From Acidimicrobiaceae bacterium (GTDB lineage Bacteria > Actinomycetota > Acidimicrobiia > Acidimicrobiales > Aldehydirespiratoraceae): a stretch of DNA of 64,000 nucleotides. The notes below the pieces were generated by a model. The model worked only from the letters and a program-made list of their open reading frames with translations, searched no databases and was not told the DNA's origin. The position numbers and the translations under genes were made by a program. Of this stretch, positions 35,383-44,157 are shown piece by piece; positions within the stretch are counted from its first letter, which is position 1, and every line of letters starts with the position of its first letter. Location: the NCBI GenBank assembly GCA_009837445.1, contig VXTM01000047.1, positions 72,437 through 136,436 on the forward strand, written 5' to 3'.

Positions 35383-36234
35383 TCAGCCGCGCAGCTCGAC
35401 GCCGTCTAGCGGTTCTTCGCCGAGGCGACCGGCGAAGAACTGGATGACGATGGCGTTGAACGTGTCGGGCCGCTCGAAGTAAGGGGCGTGGGCTGCGTCG
35501 TCCATGATCGCCAGGCGGGAGCCGGCCAACAGCTCGTGGGCAGCCTCGCCCATCGCCAGCGGGAAGCCCAGGTCCTGGCGGCCCCACACCAGCAGGATCG
35601 GCATGCGGCCGCCCATCGCGGCCAGCCGCTCTCCCACGACGTGGTCGTCGATGCGGTTGGCGAAGTAGTCGGAGATGCGCTCGAAGGACTCGGCCGCCCC
35701 CGGCGAGTTGTTGATGCGGACCTCCTCGCGGTGCAGCGCCGCGGTGACGAGGCTGTCATCGTGGAGCACGCTGTGGAGCTTGCGGTCGACCATCTCGGGT
35801 GAGGTGTCACCGATCAGGCCGGCGGTGCGCTCCCGGGCCTCGGGTCCGATCGGGGCCATTCCCAGCGTGCCGACGAGCACCAGGCCGGCCACCCTCTCGG
35901 GAATCTCGCAGGCCACGGTGGCCAGGATGTGCCCGCCCAGCGACGTTCCGACCAGGTAGACGCGGTCCGAGCCGATCTGGTCGAGCACGGCTCGGGCGAA
36001 GGCCGCGTAGTTGGGTACGGAGTGATCGAAGCGGTCGCCCTTCTCGGCGAGGCCGTGACCGGGAAGGTCGATCGCATACGGGTGGTACCCGGCGTCGGCG
36101 AAGCGCTCGAGGTTGAGGCGCCAGCGATCGGCCCGGGCCCCGACCCCGTGCACGAGCAGCATGTTCTTGTCGCCCCGACCAGCCTCGAGGACCCGGGTGA
36201 GGGTGCCAGCCGCGCCGAGCGGGTACTGGATCAT
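35383..36234 (-). CDS. Alpha/beta-fold hydrolase (meta-cleavage-product hydrolase-like)
   Basis: 283 aa. Blocks LLVHGVGARADRW, nucleophile elbow GTSLGG, and a C-terminal H in DDAAHAPYFE. Confidence 0.75.
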   Translation of the reverse strand: MIQYPLGAAGTLTRVLEAGRGDKNMLLVHGVGARADRWRLNLERFADAGYHPYAIDLPGHGLAEKGDRFDHSVPNYAAFARAVLDQIGSDRVYLVGTSLGGHILATVACEIPERVAGLVLVGTLGMAPIGPEARERTAGLIGDTSPEMVDRKLHSVLHDDSLVTAALHREEVRINNSPGAAESFERISDYFANRIDDHVVGERLAAMGGRMPILLVWGRQDLGFPLAMGEAAHELLAGSRLAIMDDAAHAPYFERPDTFNAIVIQFFAGRLGEEPLDGVELRG

Positions 36235-36273
36235 GGCGCGGACCGCCGAAGGGAGGGGTTCACTGCGGGCTCC

Positions 36274-37698
36274 TCAGCTTGCTTCTTGGGCTGCGGTCTC
36301 GGCCAGTTCGTCCAGCTGGGCCAGGAGCTCGCTCTCACCGTTGGAGTCGAAGTCGCGCGGGTCTGGCTGGTCGGCGGCGCCCCCGTTGAAGACCAGGTCG
36401 TACGTGATGTCGGACGGGCAGATGTGCTGGGCCCGGTCAAAGGGCCGGCGCTGGGCCAGCACCTCGTCGTCGAAGACCTGTACCTCGCCGCGCAGGATCA
36501 CCGTCTCGATGCGCTTCTTGTCGCACAGCACCCGGATGTCGGCCAACGGGTCGCCGTCGACGACGATGATGTCGGCGCCCTTGCCGGCCACCAGCGAGCC
36601 GACGTCGTTCTCCTCGCCCAGCACGATCGCGCAGTCGTGGGTGGCCGCCTTGATGGCCTCAAGGGCGGTCATGCCCGCGTAGCGCATCAGCAGCTCGAGC
36701 TCGCGGGCGTGCCAGTCGCCGTAGGGGGTGGCTGCGAACCCGGTGTCGGTGCCGGTGATGATGGGCACCCCCGCCTCGCGGGCCTTGTTGAGGCACCCGG
36801 CGGTGTCGTCGAGGAGGCGGGAATACGCGCTGCGGGTTTCGGCCGGAACGCCGGCAGCCGCTCCGAACTCGCCCAGGTTGCCCAGCAGCAGCAGCGCCGG
36901 CGCCAGCGGGATCTGCGAGTCGGCCAGCCGTTCGATGGTGTCGTCGCGAAGGGTGTTGCCGTGCATGATCCAGTCGAGCTCGGCCGCCACCGCGGAGTCG
37001 ACGTTGTTGGAGCCCCGGGCGTGCATGGTGATGCGCTTGTTGAGCCGGTGGGCGGCATCGGACATCGCCTTGATCTCGTCGCGCGAGAACGCCTCGTAGT
37101 CGCCCAGGGGACTGTCGCCGATCTTGATGAGGTCCACGCCGTTCTTGACCTGATGACGCACCTCGGTGACCATCTCATCGGCGGTGTTGACCACCTTGCC
37201 GATGCTGGAGTCGGGCGCCCCCACCGACGACGGGTAGAAGTCACTGATGCCGTTGCTGGTGGACAGGAACCGGCCCGCAGTGGTCATCCGCGGCCCCTGT
37301 ATCAGTCCTTCGGCGATGCCCTCGCGGATGCCCACCCCGATGAAGTAGCTGCCACCGGGGTCGGAGATGCCGGTGACGCCCGAGCGCAGCACCTTGGTCA
37401 CATTCCACGCGGAGCGCAGGGTGCGCAGCTCGTGGCTGGTGTAGAGGTCCTGCTCCTCCTGCATCCGGGTCTCGCCGAAAGACGTGTGGCAGTGGGCGTC
37501 TATCAGGCCCGGCATGACCGTCTTGCCGGTGGCGTCGATGCGCACCACGTCGTCGCCGCGTGGGATCAGATCCGCGCTGATGTCAGCACCGACAGCCTCG
37601 ATCGTGTCGTCCTTCACCAGCACCGTGCAGCCCTCGGCTGCGGGCGCGCCGGTGCCGTCGATCACGGTTCCGCCGCTGAGCAGGATCCACGAACTCAT
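36274..37698 (-). CDS. Metal-dependent amidohydrolase (COG1228-like)
   Basis: ATG at 37698 preceded by AGGAGG (5-nt spacer), preferred over the ORF start at 38091. Block TVMPGLIDAHCHTSFG. About 474 aa. Confidence 0.75.
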   Translation of the reverse strand: MSSWILLSGGTVIDGTGAPAAEGCTVLVKDDTIEAVGADISADLIPRGDDVVRIDATGKTVMPGLIDAHCHTSFGETRMQEEQDLYTSHELRTLRSAWNVTKVLRSGVTGISDPGGSYFIGVGIREGIAEGLIQGPRMTTAGRFLSTSNGISDFYPSSVGAPDSSIGKVVNTADEMVTEVRHQVKNGVDLIKIGDSPLGDYEAFSRDEIKAMSDAAHRLNKRITMHARGSNNVDSAVAAELDWIMHGNTLRDDTIERLADSQIPLAPALLLLGNLGEFGAAAGVPAETRSAYSRLLDDTAGCLNKAREAGVPIITGTDTGFAATPYGDWHARELELLMRYAGMTALEAIKAATHDCAIVLGEENDVGSLVAGKGADIIVVDGDPLADIRVLCDKKRIETVILRGEVQVFDDEVLAQRRPFDRAQHICPSDITYDLVFNGGAADQPDPRDFDSNGESELLAQLDELAETAAQEAS

Positions 37699-37800
37699 GG
37701 TTGCCTCCTGAGTGCTGGGATGCCGTCTGCGACCATACCCCGACAGGTGTGCGAGGACCGATTCGGGACTGCCCGCGTTGCATGAGGCACCGGGGCGCGG

Positions 37801-37809
37801 TGTGATAAT
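37801..37809 (+). promoter_or_regulatory. Extended -10 element (TGTGATAAT) placed for a leaderless transcript
   Basis: TGn + GATAAT ends 6 nt before the ATG at 37816. There is no SD-like sequence between them. A TTGCAT at 37778..37783 is a possible, over-spaced -35. Confidence 0.45.
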
Positions 37810-37815
37810 GGGTCC

Positions 37816-38361
37816 ATGGCGACCCAGCAACCGATGCCCAGAGTCCCGCTGCTGGCCGAGCGAGAGGGGCTGAGCGAGGCCCAGCAGGCGGTGTTCGACT
37901 GGATCGTCGAGAGCCGGGGCACGATGATCCGCCCTTACGAAGTGATGCTGCACGTGCCCGAGATGGCCCGGCCCGCGGCCGAGCTCGGCCACCAGATCCG
38001 CTACGAGGGTGCGCTGAGCGACCATGACCGCGAGCTGGCGATCATCGCGGCGGCCGTCGCGCATGCCTGCGACTTCGAGTGGGACACGCACGTCGGGCTG
38101 GCCCGGGCGGCCGGTGTGGCCGAGGCGACCATCGACGCCCTGCGTGACGGCGACCGCACCGTCGGGTCGCCCGACGACGTGATCGTCGGCTTCGTGAGTG
38201 AGATGTGCGCCACGGCCACGGTGTCCGACACGGCGTATGCCGCGGCCTCAGAGCGTCTGGGTACCGCCGGCGTGGTGGAGTTGACCACGCTGGTGGGCTA
38301 CTACACCATGCTCGCCTTCGTCATCAACGTCGCCGAGCCCGAGGGTCCTGTCCAGCCATGA
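37816..38361 (+). CDS. Carboxymuconolactone decarboxylase (AhpD-like) family protein
   Basis: 181 aa. Blocks RELAIIAAAVAHACDFEWDTHV and VVELTTLVGYYTMLAF are typical of the CMD family. Confidence 0.75.
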   Translation: MATQQPMPRVPLLAEREGLSEAQQAVFDWIVESRGTMIRPYEVMLHVPEMARPAAELGHQIRYEGALSDHDRELAIIAAAVAHACDFEWDTHVGLARAAGVAEATIDALRDGDRTVGSPDDVIVGFVSEMCATATVSDTAYAAASERLGTAGVVELTTLVGYYTMLAFVINVAEPEGPVQP

Positions 38362-38729
38362 CGGTGCGGGGGCTCGACCACATCGTGTTGAACGTGGCCG
38401 ACGCCGAGCGGTCCATGCGCTGGTACCGCGATCGTCTCGGGTTGGAGCCGGAGCGGTATGAGGAGTGGAAGGCGGGCGACGCGCCCTTCGTGTCGGTCCG
38501 CATCGACGAGGGCACGATCATCGACCTGTTCGAGACCGACCGGAGCGGGGAGAACCTGAACCACTTCGCACTGTGGGTCACCGGCGACGTGGAGTCGATC
38601 GTGGCCCACGACGACGTCGAGCTGGTGCGCCGAGCGCCGCGGGTCTTCGGGGCCCGGGGCTGGGGCTCGGCGGTCTACGTCCGCGACCCCGACGGCAACG
38701 AGGTCGAGCTCCGCCAGTACGACACGTAG
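38358..38729 (+). CDS. VOC/glyoxalase-family protein (single module)
   Basis: ATG at 38358 in an ATGA overlap with the previous stop. Blocks LDHIVLNVADAERSMRWYRDRLGL and AVYVRDPDGNEVEL. Confidence 0.75.
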   Translation: MTVRGLDHIVLNVADAERSMRWYRDRLGLEPERYEEWKAGDAPFVSVRIDEGTIIDLFETDRSGENLNHFALWVTGDVESIVAHDDVELVRRAPRVFGARGWGSAVYVRDPDGNEVELRQYDT

Positions 38730-38752
38730 ACGGCCTGCCGCCACCGCTGAGT

Positions 38753-39580
38753 TCAGGCCAGGCCGGCGAAGTCGACCTGGTTGGTGGTGAACCAGGCCAT
38801 GAAACCGTGGTCGGCGACCATGTTGTGGCCGTTCATGGCCGCGCTGGCGTCTGAGCCGAGCATCACCAGCGTGCGGGCGATGTCGACGGGCGTGAGGATC
38901 CCGGCCGATTGGTCGACCATCCAGTCGATGACCTTCTCGGTCATGTGGCGGCGGAAGTCGTGCAGCAGGGGAGTGTCGATCACCCCGGGGCAGACGCTGT
39001 TGGTGCGCACGCCGTGGTCGAGGTAGCTGCGGCGCGAGCCGTGCATGGTCCAGACCTGAGCGACCTCCTTGGAGAACTCGTAGGGAGCGGGGTCGACCAG
39101 CTCGCCGTGCTCCGCGATCCAGGCCAGGGCCTCGTCCCAGCCATCGACGGCGATCAGCTCGGAGATCTCGGCCAGGTGCTGGGGCCAGCGCTGCCCGGCC
39201 ACCGAAGCGGTGTTGACGATGGCGCCGCCACGGTTCATGGTGGGCAGCAGCCCCTCGCTGAGGCGTCGCAGGCCCAGGTAGTTGACCCGCATCACGAAGT
39301 CCGAGGAGTGCACCCCGGCCACGCCGGCGTTGTTGAACAGCACGTGCACTCCCGGGCCGATGGCCTCGCAGGCCGCGTCGATCGAGTCGGGGTCGCTCAG
39401 GTCGGCGGCCACGTACGCGGTGGCCGGGCCGGTGGGCTCGTTGACGTCGAGCACGGTGAGGTCGGTGCAACCCGCCCCAGCCAGCAGTTCTACCGCGGCC
39501 GCGCCCACGCCGCTGGCGCCCCCGGTGAGTACCACCTTCTTGCCGGCGTAGCTGAACAGGTCCGATGAGGATGCGGGCAC
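38753..39580 (-). CDS. SDR-family oxidoreductase
   Basis: 275 aa. Motifs TGGASGVG, NNAG and YEFSK (YxxxK). Confidence 0.8.
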   Translation of the reverse strand: MPASSSDLFSYAGKKVVLTGGASGVGAAAVELLAGAGCTDLTVLDVNEPTGPATAYVAADLSDPDSIDAACEAIGPGVHVLFNNAGVAGVHSSDFVMRVNYLGLRRLSEGLLPTMNRGGAIVNTASVAGQRWPQHLAEISELIAVDGWDEALAWIAEHGELVDPAPYEFSKEVAQVWTMHGSRRSYLDHGVRTNSVCPGVIDTPLLHDFRRHMTEKVIDWMVDQSAGILTPVDIARTLVMLGSDASAAMNGHNMVADHGFMAWFTTNQVDFAGLA

Positions 39581-39621
39581 GGTGCGACTCCTTGCAGTCT
39601 CGACGAGTGTGAGCAGCCCGG

Positions 39622-40836
39622 TCAGGCCGGGGTGAAGGCTAGGTGGGCCTCGAGCAGGCCGTGGACGAAGGCGTTGGGCATCTCCACCTGAGGGGTTCCC
39701 TCGACGCGCTCGATGCGGGCCACCCGCTGGAGCAGCCGCTCGAAGAAGACTTGGATCTCCAGCCGGGCCAGCGCCGCGCCCAGGCAGAAGTGGGTGCCAA
39801 AGCCGAAGGCGATGTGGTTGTTGGGGCTGCGGGCGACGTCGTACGTCTCAGGATCCGCGAAGTGCTCCGGATCCCGGTTGGCCGACGGGTACATCATGAC
39901 CAACTGCTGGCCCTTGCGGACCGTCTGGCCCGCGATCTCGGTGTCGGCGGTGGCCGTCCGGCACATGTTGTGGATGGGAGTGACCCAGCGGATGAACTCC
40001 TCGACCGCCACCTCCAGGTCGGCTCCGGCCTTGAGAGCGGCCCAGGCGTCGGGCCGGTCGGCCAGGTCCAGAAGGGTGCGGGCGATCACGGTACGGGTGG
40101 TCTCAGCCCCGCCGTCGAGCAGCAGCAGCGAGTCGGAGACGATCTGGTCCAGCCCGAACGGCGAGCCGCCCACCATTCCGCCGCCGTCGGATTCTGCCTC
40201 GATCCAGCGCGACATCAGGTCACCAGCCGGGCATCCCTGCTTGGTGGTGTAAAGCTCGGTGCAGGCCACCGCGAACTCCAGAACGGCTTCGACGCCTTCG
40301 GGGCTGCGGTACCGGGGACCGCCGCCGGTGGCGATGGAGGCCTCGGACCAGTGCTTCAGCTTGGGCCACAGATCGTCGTCGTAGCCGAGCAGCAAGCCGA
40401 TCATCTTGGCCGGCAGGGGAGCGGCCAACTCGTCCACGATCTCGGCGCGGCCTCGCTCGATCACCGGGTCGAGCAGGCCGTCCACGGTGGCGGCGATGTG
40501 GCCCCGCCAGCGCTGCACGGCCCTGGGGGTGAAACGGCGCGACACCAGTGAGCGGCGGGCCTGGTGCAGCGGGTCGTCGGTGCCGATGATCGACTGGTCG
40601 GCCGGGAGGTTGGGCCGGTATCCGCCCTTTTCCCTGTCGGAGCTGATGAACAGCTGCTTGTTTGTCTCGACTGCGACGATGTCGTCGTAGCGGGTAAGCA
40701 CCCACAGCTCGTTGATGTCGTCCCAGTGGCACGGCGAGTTCTCCCGCAGCCAGGCGTAGCGAGAGTAGGGGTCGTTGACGTAGAAGTCGCCGTCGAGGAT
40801 GTCGAGAGGCCGGGGGTCGACCGGGGTGATCGTCAT
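39622..40836 (-). CDS. Cytochrome P450
   Basis: 404 aa. I-helix DGGAETT, EEFIRW (ExxR), heme loop FGFGTHFCLGAALARLE. Confidence 0.9.
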   Translation of the reverse strand: MTITPVDPRPLDILDGDFYVNDPYSRYAWLRENSPCHWDDINELWVLTRYDDIVAVETNKQLFISSDREKGGYRPNLPADQSIIGTDDPLHQARRSLVSRRFTPRAVQRWRGHIAATVDGLLDPVIERGRAEIVDELAAPLPAKMIGLLLGYDDDLWPKLKHWSEASIATGGGPRYRSPEGVEAVLEFAVACTELYTTKQGCPAGDLMSRWIEAESDGGGMVGGSPFGLDQIVSDSLLLLDGGAETTRTVIARTLLDLADRPDAWAALKAGADLEVAVEEFIRWVTPIHNMCRTATADTEIAGQTVRKGQQLVMMYPSANRDPEHFADPETYDVARSPNNHIAFGFGTHFCLGAALARLEIQVFFERLLQRVARIERVEGTPQVEMPNAFVHGLLEAHLAFTPA

Positions 40837-40900
40837 CGCCGGGTCATCCTACGGCGGCGGCTGTGGGCGCCAGGAGGCCCCCGGAGGCTGATGCGGGGTG

Positions 40901-41290
40901 TCACGGGAACATGCTGCGCAGGACGGTCCAGAGCAGCAGCAGGCCCGCGATGGCGATCGGGCCGGGGATGGCGATGATCAGGGCCCAGGTCAGGTAGCGC
41001 ACCCAGGCGGGGCGGTCGGCGAAGCGTCGCTGATGGAAGGCGGCGTCGAGGCGCTCGGCCTCGACGTCGGGCCGCTCGAGGCCCAGAAGCTCGGCCGCGG
41101 GATTAGCAACCTCGGTGTGAACCACCAGCACGGCGAGGCGGTTGGTGACATGGTGGGGTGCGACCTCAATGGCGGGATCCACGAGCACCGCGGCTTCGTA
41201 ACCGGCCTCCTTGAGCCGGGCTGCCGCCACGTTGGCCTCCCAGCGGCTGGAGTACTCGGCGATGGGAACCATGCCCGGCAGCGGCCTCAT
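40901..41290 (-). CDS. Hypothetical protein: small soluble domain (DUF2007-like?) plus C-terminal transmembrane helix
   Basis: 129 aa. N-terminal block AEYSSRWEANVAAARLKEAGYEAAVL. C-terminal hydrophobic LTWALIIAIPGPIAIAGLLLLWTVL. Confidence 0.5.
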   Translation of the reverse strand: MRPLPGMVPIAEYSSRWEANVAAARLKEAGYEAAVLVDPAIEVAPHHVTNRLAVLVVHTEVANPAAELLGLERPDVEAERLDAAFHQRRFADRPAWVRYLTWALIIAIPGPIAIAGLLLLWTVLRSMFP

Positions 41291-41326
41291 CCCCCTATGG
41301 TGCCCGCTCCGGAGGCCGAGCGGGCG

Positions 41327-41348
41327 CGACCGCGCCGTGTCGCGGTCG
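41327..41348. promoter_or_regulatory. 8-bp-arm inverted repeat in a divergent intergenic region
   Basis: CGACCGCG-CCGTGT-CGCGGTCG, between the start of 40901..41290 (minus) and the ABC ATPase GTG at 41367. Confidence 0.3.
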
Positions 41349-41366
41349 GCGATAGCGTGCCCACCG

Positions 41367-42317
41367 GTGAGCCCGGCCGTCGCGGTGAGCGATCTCGTGA
41401 AGGACTACGGCGCGGTCCGGGCCGTGGACGGCGTGTCCTTCGAAGTGAAGCGGGGCGAGGTGTTCGCCCTGCTGGGCCCCAACGGGGCGGGCAAGTCGAC
41501 AATCGTCGAGATCCTGGAGGGGCACCGCACCCGCACGTCGGGCACGGCGCTGGTTCTCGACACCGACCCGTCGTCGGCAGGGGCCTCCTTCCGCGACCGG
41601 ATCGGCATCGTGCTGCAGTCCTCGGGCATCGACCCCGAGCTGACGGCCCGCGAGGCGGTCGACTACTACGGCGCTGCCTACTCGCGTCGAGTGCCGACGG
41701 ATGAGCTGATCGAGTTGGTGGAGCTGGGCGAGAAGGCCGACGCCCGCATCTCGACCCTGTCGGGAGGACAGCAGCGGCGCATCGACATGGCGCTCGGACT
41801 GGTGGGCGACCCTGACGTGGTGTTCCTGGACGAGCCGACCACCGGCTTCGACCCGGCGGCCCGCCGGAGGGGCTGGGAGCTGGTCGAGCGGCTCGCCTCG
41901 GAGCAGCGGGCCGTGCTGCTCACCACGCACTACCTCGATGAGGCCGAGCATCTTGCCGACCGGGTGGCGGTGCTGGCCCAGGGCCGGATCGTGGCCGAGG
42001 GCACTCCGGCCGAGTTGAGGGCCCGGGCAGGATCGGCACTGATCCGCTTCGCGGTGCCCGACAGGGCCGAGCCGGTGTCGGATCTGCTCGCACCGGTCTC
42101 CGGCGACATCGTCGGCCGGGGACGGCACGTGGAAATCACCACCGACACTCCCACAGCCGACCTGGCTCAGATCACGGGATGGGCGGCCGAGCGGGGGTTC
42201 GAACTCGAAGGGCTGACCGTCACCACTCCGAGTCTCGAAGACGTCTACTTGAGCCTCGTCGCTGACGACGGCGACGACGATGGCCAGGTGCCCGATGACG
42301 GGGACTCCCGGACATGA
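41367..42317 (+). CDS. ABC-2/DrrA-type transporter ATP-binding protein
   Basis: GTG at 41367 (VSPAVAVSDLVKDYG) preferred over the ORF start at 41211, which overlaps the divergent gene. Walker A GPNGAGKST, signature LSGGQQRR, Walker B VFLDEPTTG. Confidence 0.8.
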   Translation: MSPAVAVSDLVKDYGAVRAVDGVSFEVKRGEVFALLGPNGAGKSTIVEILEGHRTRTSGTALVLDTDPSSAGASFRDRIGIVLQSSGIDPELTAREAVDYYGAAYSRRVPTDELIELVELGEKADARISTLSGGQQRRIDMALGLVGDPDVVFLDEPTTGFDPAARRRGWELVERLASEQRAVLLTTHYLDEAEHLADRVAVLAQGRIVAEGTPAELRARAGSALIRFAVPDRAEPVSDLLAPVSGDIVGRGRHVEITTDTPTADLAQITGWAAERGFELEGLTVTTPSLEDVYLSLVADDGDDDGQVPDDGDSRT

Positions 42318-43129
42318 GGACGCTGTGGCGGTGCATCCGCATGCAGAACCGGATCTTCTGGCGGACACCGGTCGCGGCCTTCTTCACCCTGGTGTTCCCC
42401 ATCCTGATGCTGGTGCTGTTCACCGCCATCTTCGGCAACGACGCCTTCGACACCGTCTACGGACGGGTCAAGAGCAGCCAGTTCTATACGCCCGGCCTAG
42501 CCGTGTTCGCGGCTGCGTCCTCCACCTACACCGGCATCGGCATCAACCTGGCCAGCCGGCGCGAACTGGGCATTCTCAAGCGGGTGCGGGGCACGCCCCT
42601 GCCGCCCTGGGCCTATCTCGGTGGTGTGGTGCTTTCGGCGGTCTGGATCGCGGCGCTGGGAGTGGTCGCGATGGTCGTTCTGGGGGTGGCGGCCTACGGG
42701 GTGAACGTCGAGGCCGCCAAGGTGCCGGCCATGGTCGTCACCTTCGCGGTCGGTTCGGCGTCTTTCGCTGCGCTCGGCCTGGCGCTCGCCTCGGTGGCCC
42801 GGTCGGTGGCCATGGCGGTGCCCACAGCCAACGCCACCCTGTTGCCGCTGGCCTTCATCTCCAACATCTTCGTCCCCTTCGGCACTGAGACCCCCGCCTG
42901 GCTGGATCTCCTTGGGAACATCTTCCCCCTCAAGCACTTCGGCCTGGCCTTCGGCGAGGCCATGAACCCGTTCTCGGACGCCCCGGCATTCGAGTGGCAC
43001 CGGCTCGGTGTGCTGCTGCTGTGGCTGGCCGTGGGGGCCGCTGTGGCCGCGTGGAAGTTCAGCTGGGAGCCGCCCGTGGTCTCCGGCCGGTCGTCCCGTC
43101 GCCGCCGCACGCAGCCTGCGCCTGCCTGA
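42314..43129 (+). CDS. ABC-2-type transporter permease
   Basis: 271 aa. ATGA overlap with the ATPase stop. About six hydrophobic segments. Confidence 0.75.
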   Translation: MRTLWRCIRMQNRIFWRTPVAAFFTLVFPILMLVLFTAIFGNDAFDTVYGRVKSSQFYTPGLAVFAAASSTYTGIGINLASRRELGILKRVRGTPLPPWAYLGGVVLSAVWIAALGVVAMVVLGVAAYGVNVEAAKVPAMVVTFAVGSASFAALGLALASVARSVAMAVPTANATLLPLAFISNIFVPFGTETPAWLDLLGNIFPLKHFGLAFGEAMNPFSDAPAFEWHRLGVLLLWLAVGAAVAAWKFSWEPPVVSGRSSRRRRTQPAPA

Positions 43130-43156
43130 GGCCGAGCGAAGCGGAGGCCGTGGCCC

Positions 43157-43191
43157 GAGCGGCCCGTGAGCGCAGCGAACAAGAGCGGGAA
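43157..43191 (+). repeat. 35-nt exact dispersed repeat, copy 2
   Basis: Identical to 1..35. Embedded in a 122-nt intergenic segment that also carries related motifs: GAGCGAAGCGGA (43134..43145), GAGCGCAGCGAA (43168..43179) and CGCGAAGCGG (about 43206..43215). Confidence 0.9.
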
Positions 43192-43251
43192 TCGCAACGC
43201 TGCACCGCGAAGCGGGTACTCACCGTGGGCGTGATCGCGTAGCATCGCCGG

Positions 43252-44157
43252 ATGGTCGCCTACGACGAGTTCGGGCTGTTCGCCCAGAACGCCGCCGAGT
43301 ACGGCATCGAGTACTCCGGCCCGCCCACGGTCCGCCGGGAATCAGTGGCGCTGCCGTCTGGGCTGCGACTGTCGGCCCTGGTGTGGGGCGCCGCCGAGCC
43401 CGAGTTGGTGCTCATCCACGGCGGCGCCCAGAACGCCCACACCTGGGACACGGTGGCGCTGGCCCTCGGACGGCCGCTGGTGGCGGTGGACCTGCCAGGC
43501 CACGGCTACTCCGACCACCGGCCGGCCCACGACTACGGCCCGGCGTCGATGGCCGGCGATGTGGCTGTGGTGATGGAGGCGCTGGCGCCGAGGGCCGAGG
43601 CCGTGGTGGGCATGTCGCTCGGCGGTCTCACCGCTATCTGCCTGGCCGCCGACCACCCCGACCTGGTGAGGCGCCTTGGGGTGGTGGACGTGACGCCGGG
43701 CACCGACCACAAGAAGGCCGAGCCCATCATCGCCTTCGTCGACGGCCCCCAGCACTTCGACAGCTTCGAGGCCATCCTGGGACGCACCATCGAGCACAAC
43801 CCCACCCGCAGCGAGCAGTCGCTTCGCCGGGGCGTGCTGCACAACGCCCACGAGATGGACGACGGTCGCTGGACCTGGAACTACGACCCGATGCGGGACT
43901 GGAAGGCCGGCGGCGGCGCCGAGGTCGCCTTCGACGACCTGTGGGAGAAGGTCTCGCGCATCGCGGCGGTGACCGCGCTGTGGCAGGGCGGCGCCTGGAG
44001 TGTGGTAGACGACGCCGACGTGGCCGAGTGGATGCGGCGGCTGCCCGGCACCGTCCATGTGGTGGTCGAGGGCGCCGGCCACTCGATCCAGGGCGACCGT
44101 CCCCTGGAGTTGGTTGCGCTTATCGACGACCTGCTGGCCCGGCCTGCGTCCGGCTAA
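43252..44157 (+). CDS. Alpha/beta-fold hydrolase
   Basis: 301 aa. Block LIHGGAQNAHTWD. Nucleophile elbow GMSLGG. Confidence 0.75.
   Translation: MVAYDEFGLFAQNAAEYGIEYSGPPTVRRESVALPSGLRLSALVWGAAEPELVLIHGGAQNAHTWDTVALALGRPLVAVDLPGHGYSDHRPAHDYGPASMAGDVAVVMEALAPRAEAVVGMSLGGLTAICLAADHPDLVRRLGVVDVTPGTDHKKAEPIIAFVDGPQHFDSFEAILGRTIEHNPTRSEQSLRRGVLHNAHEMDDGRWTWNYDPMRDWKAGGGAEVAFDDLWEKVSRIAAVTALWQGGAWSVVDDADVAEWMRRLPGTVHVVVEGAGHSIQGDRPLELVALIDDLLARPASG

Noticed and set aside
42195-42205. GGGTTCGAACT tRNA-like string.
   Set aside because: It lies inside the ABC ATPase coding sequence, in frame (ERGFELEG), with no surrounding cloverleaf.
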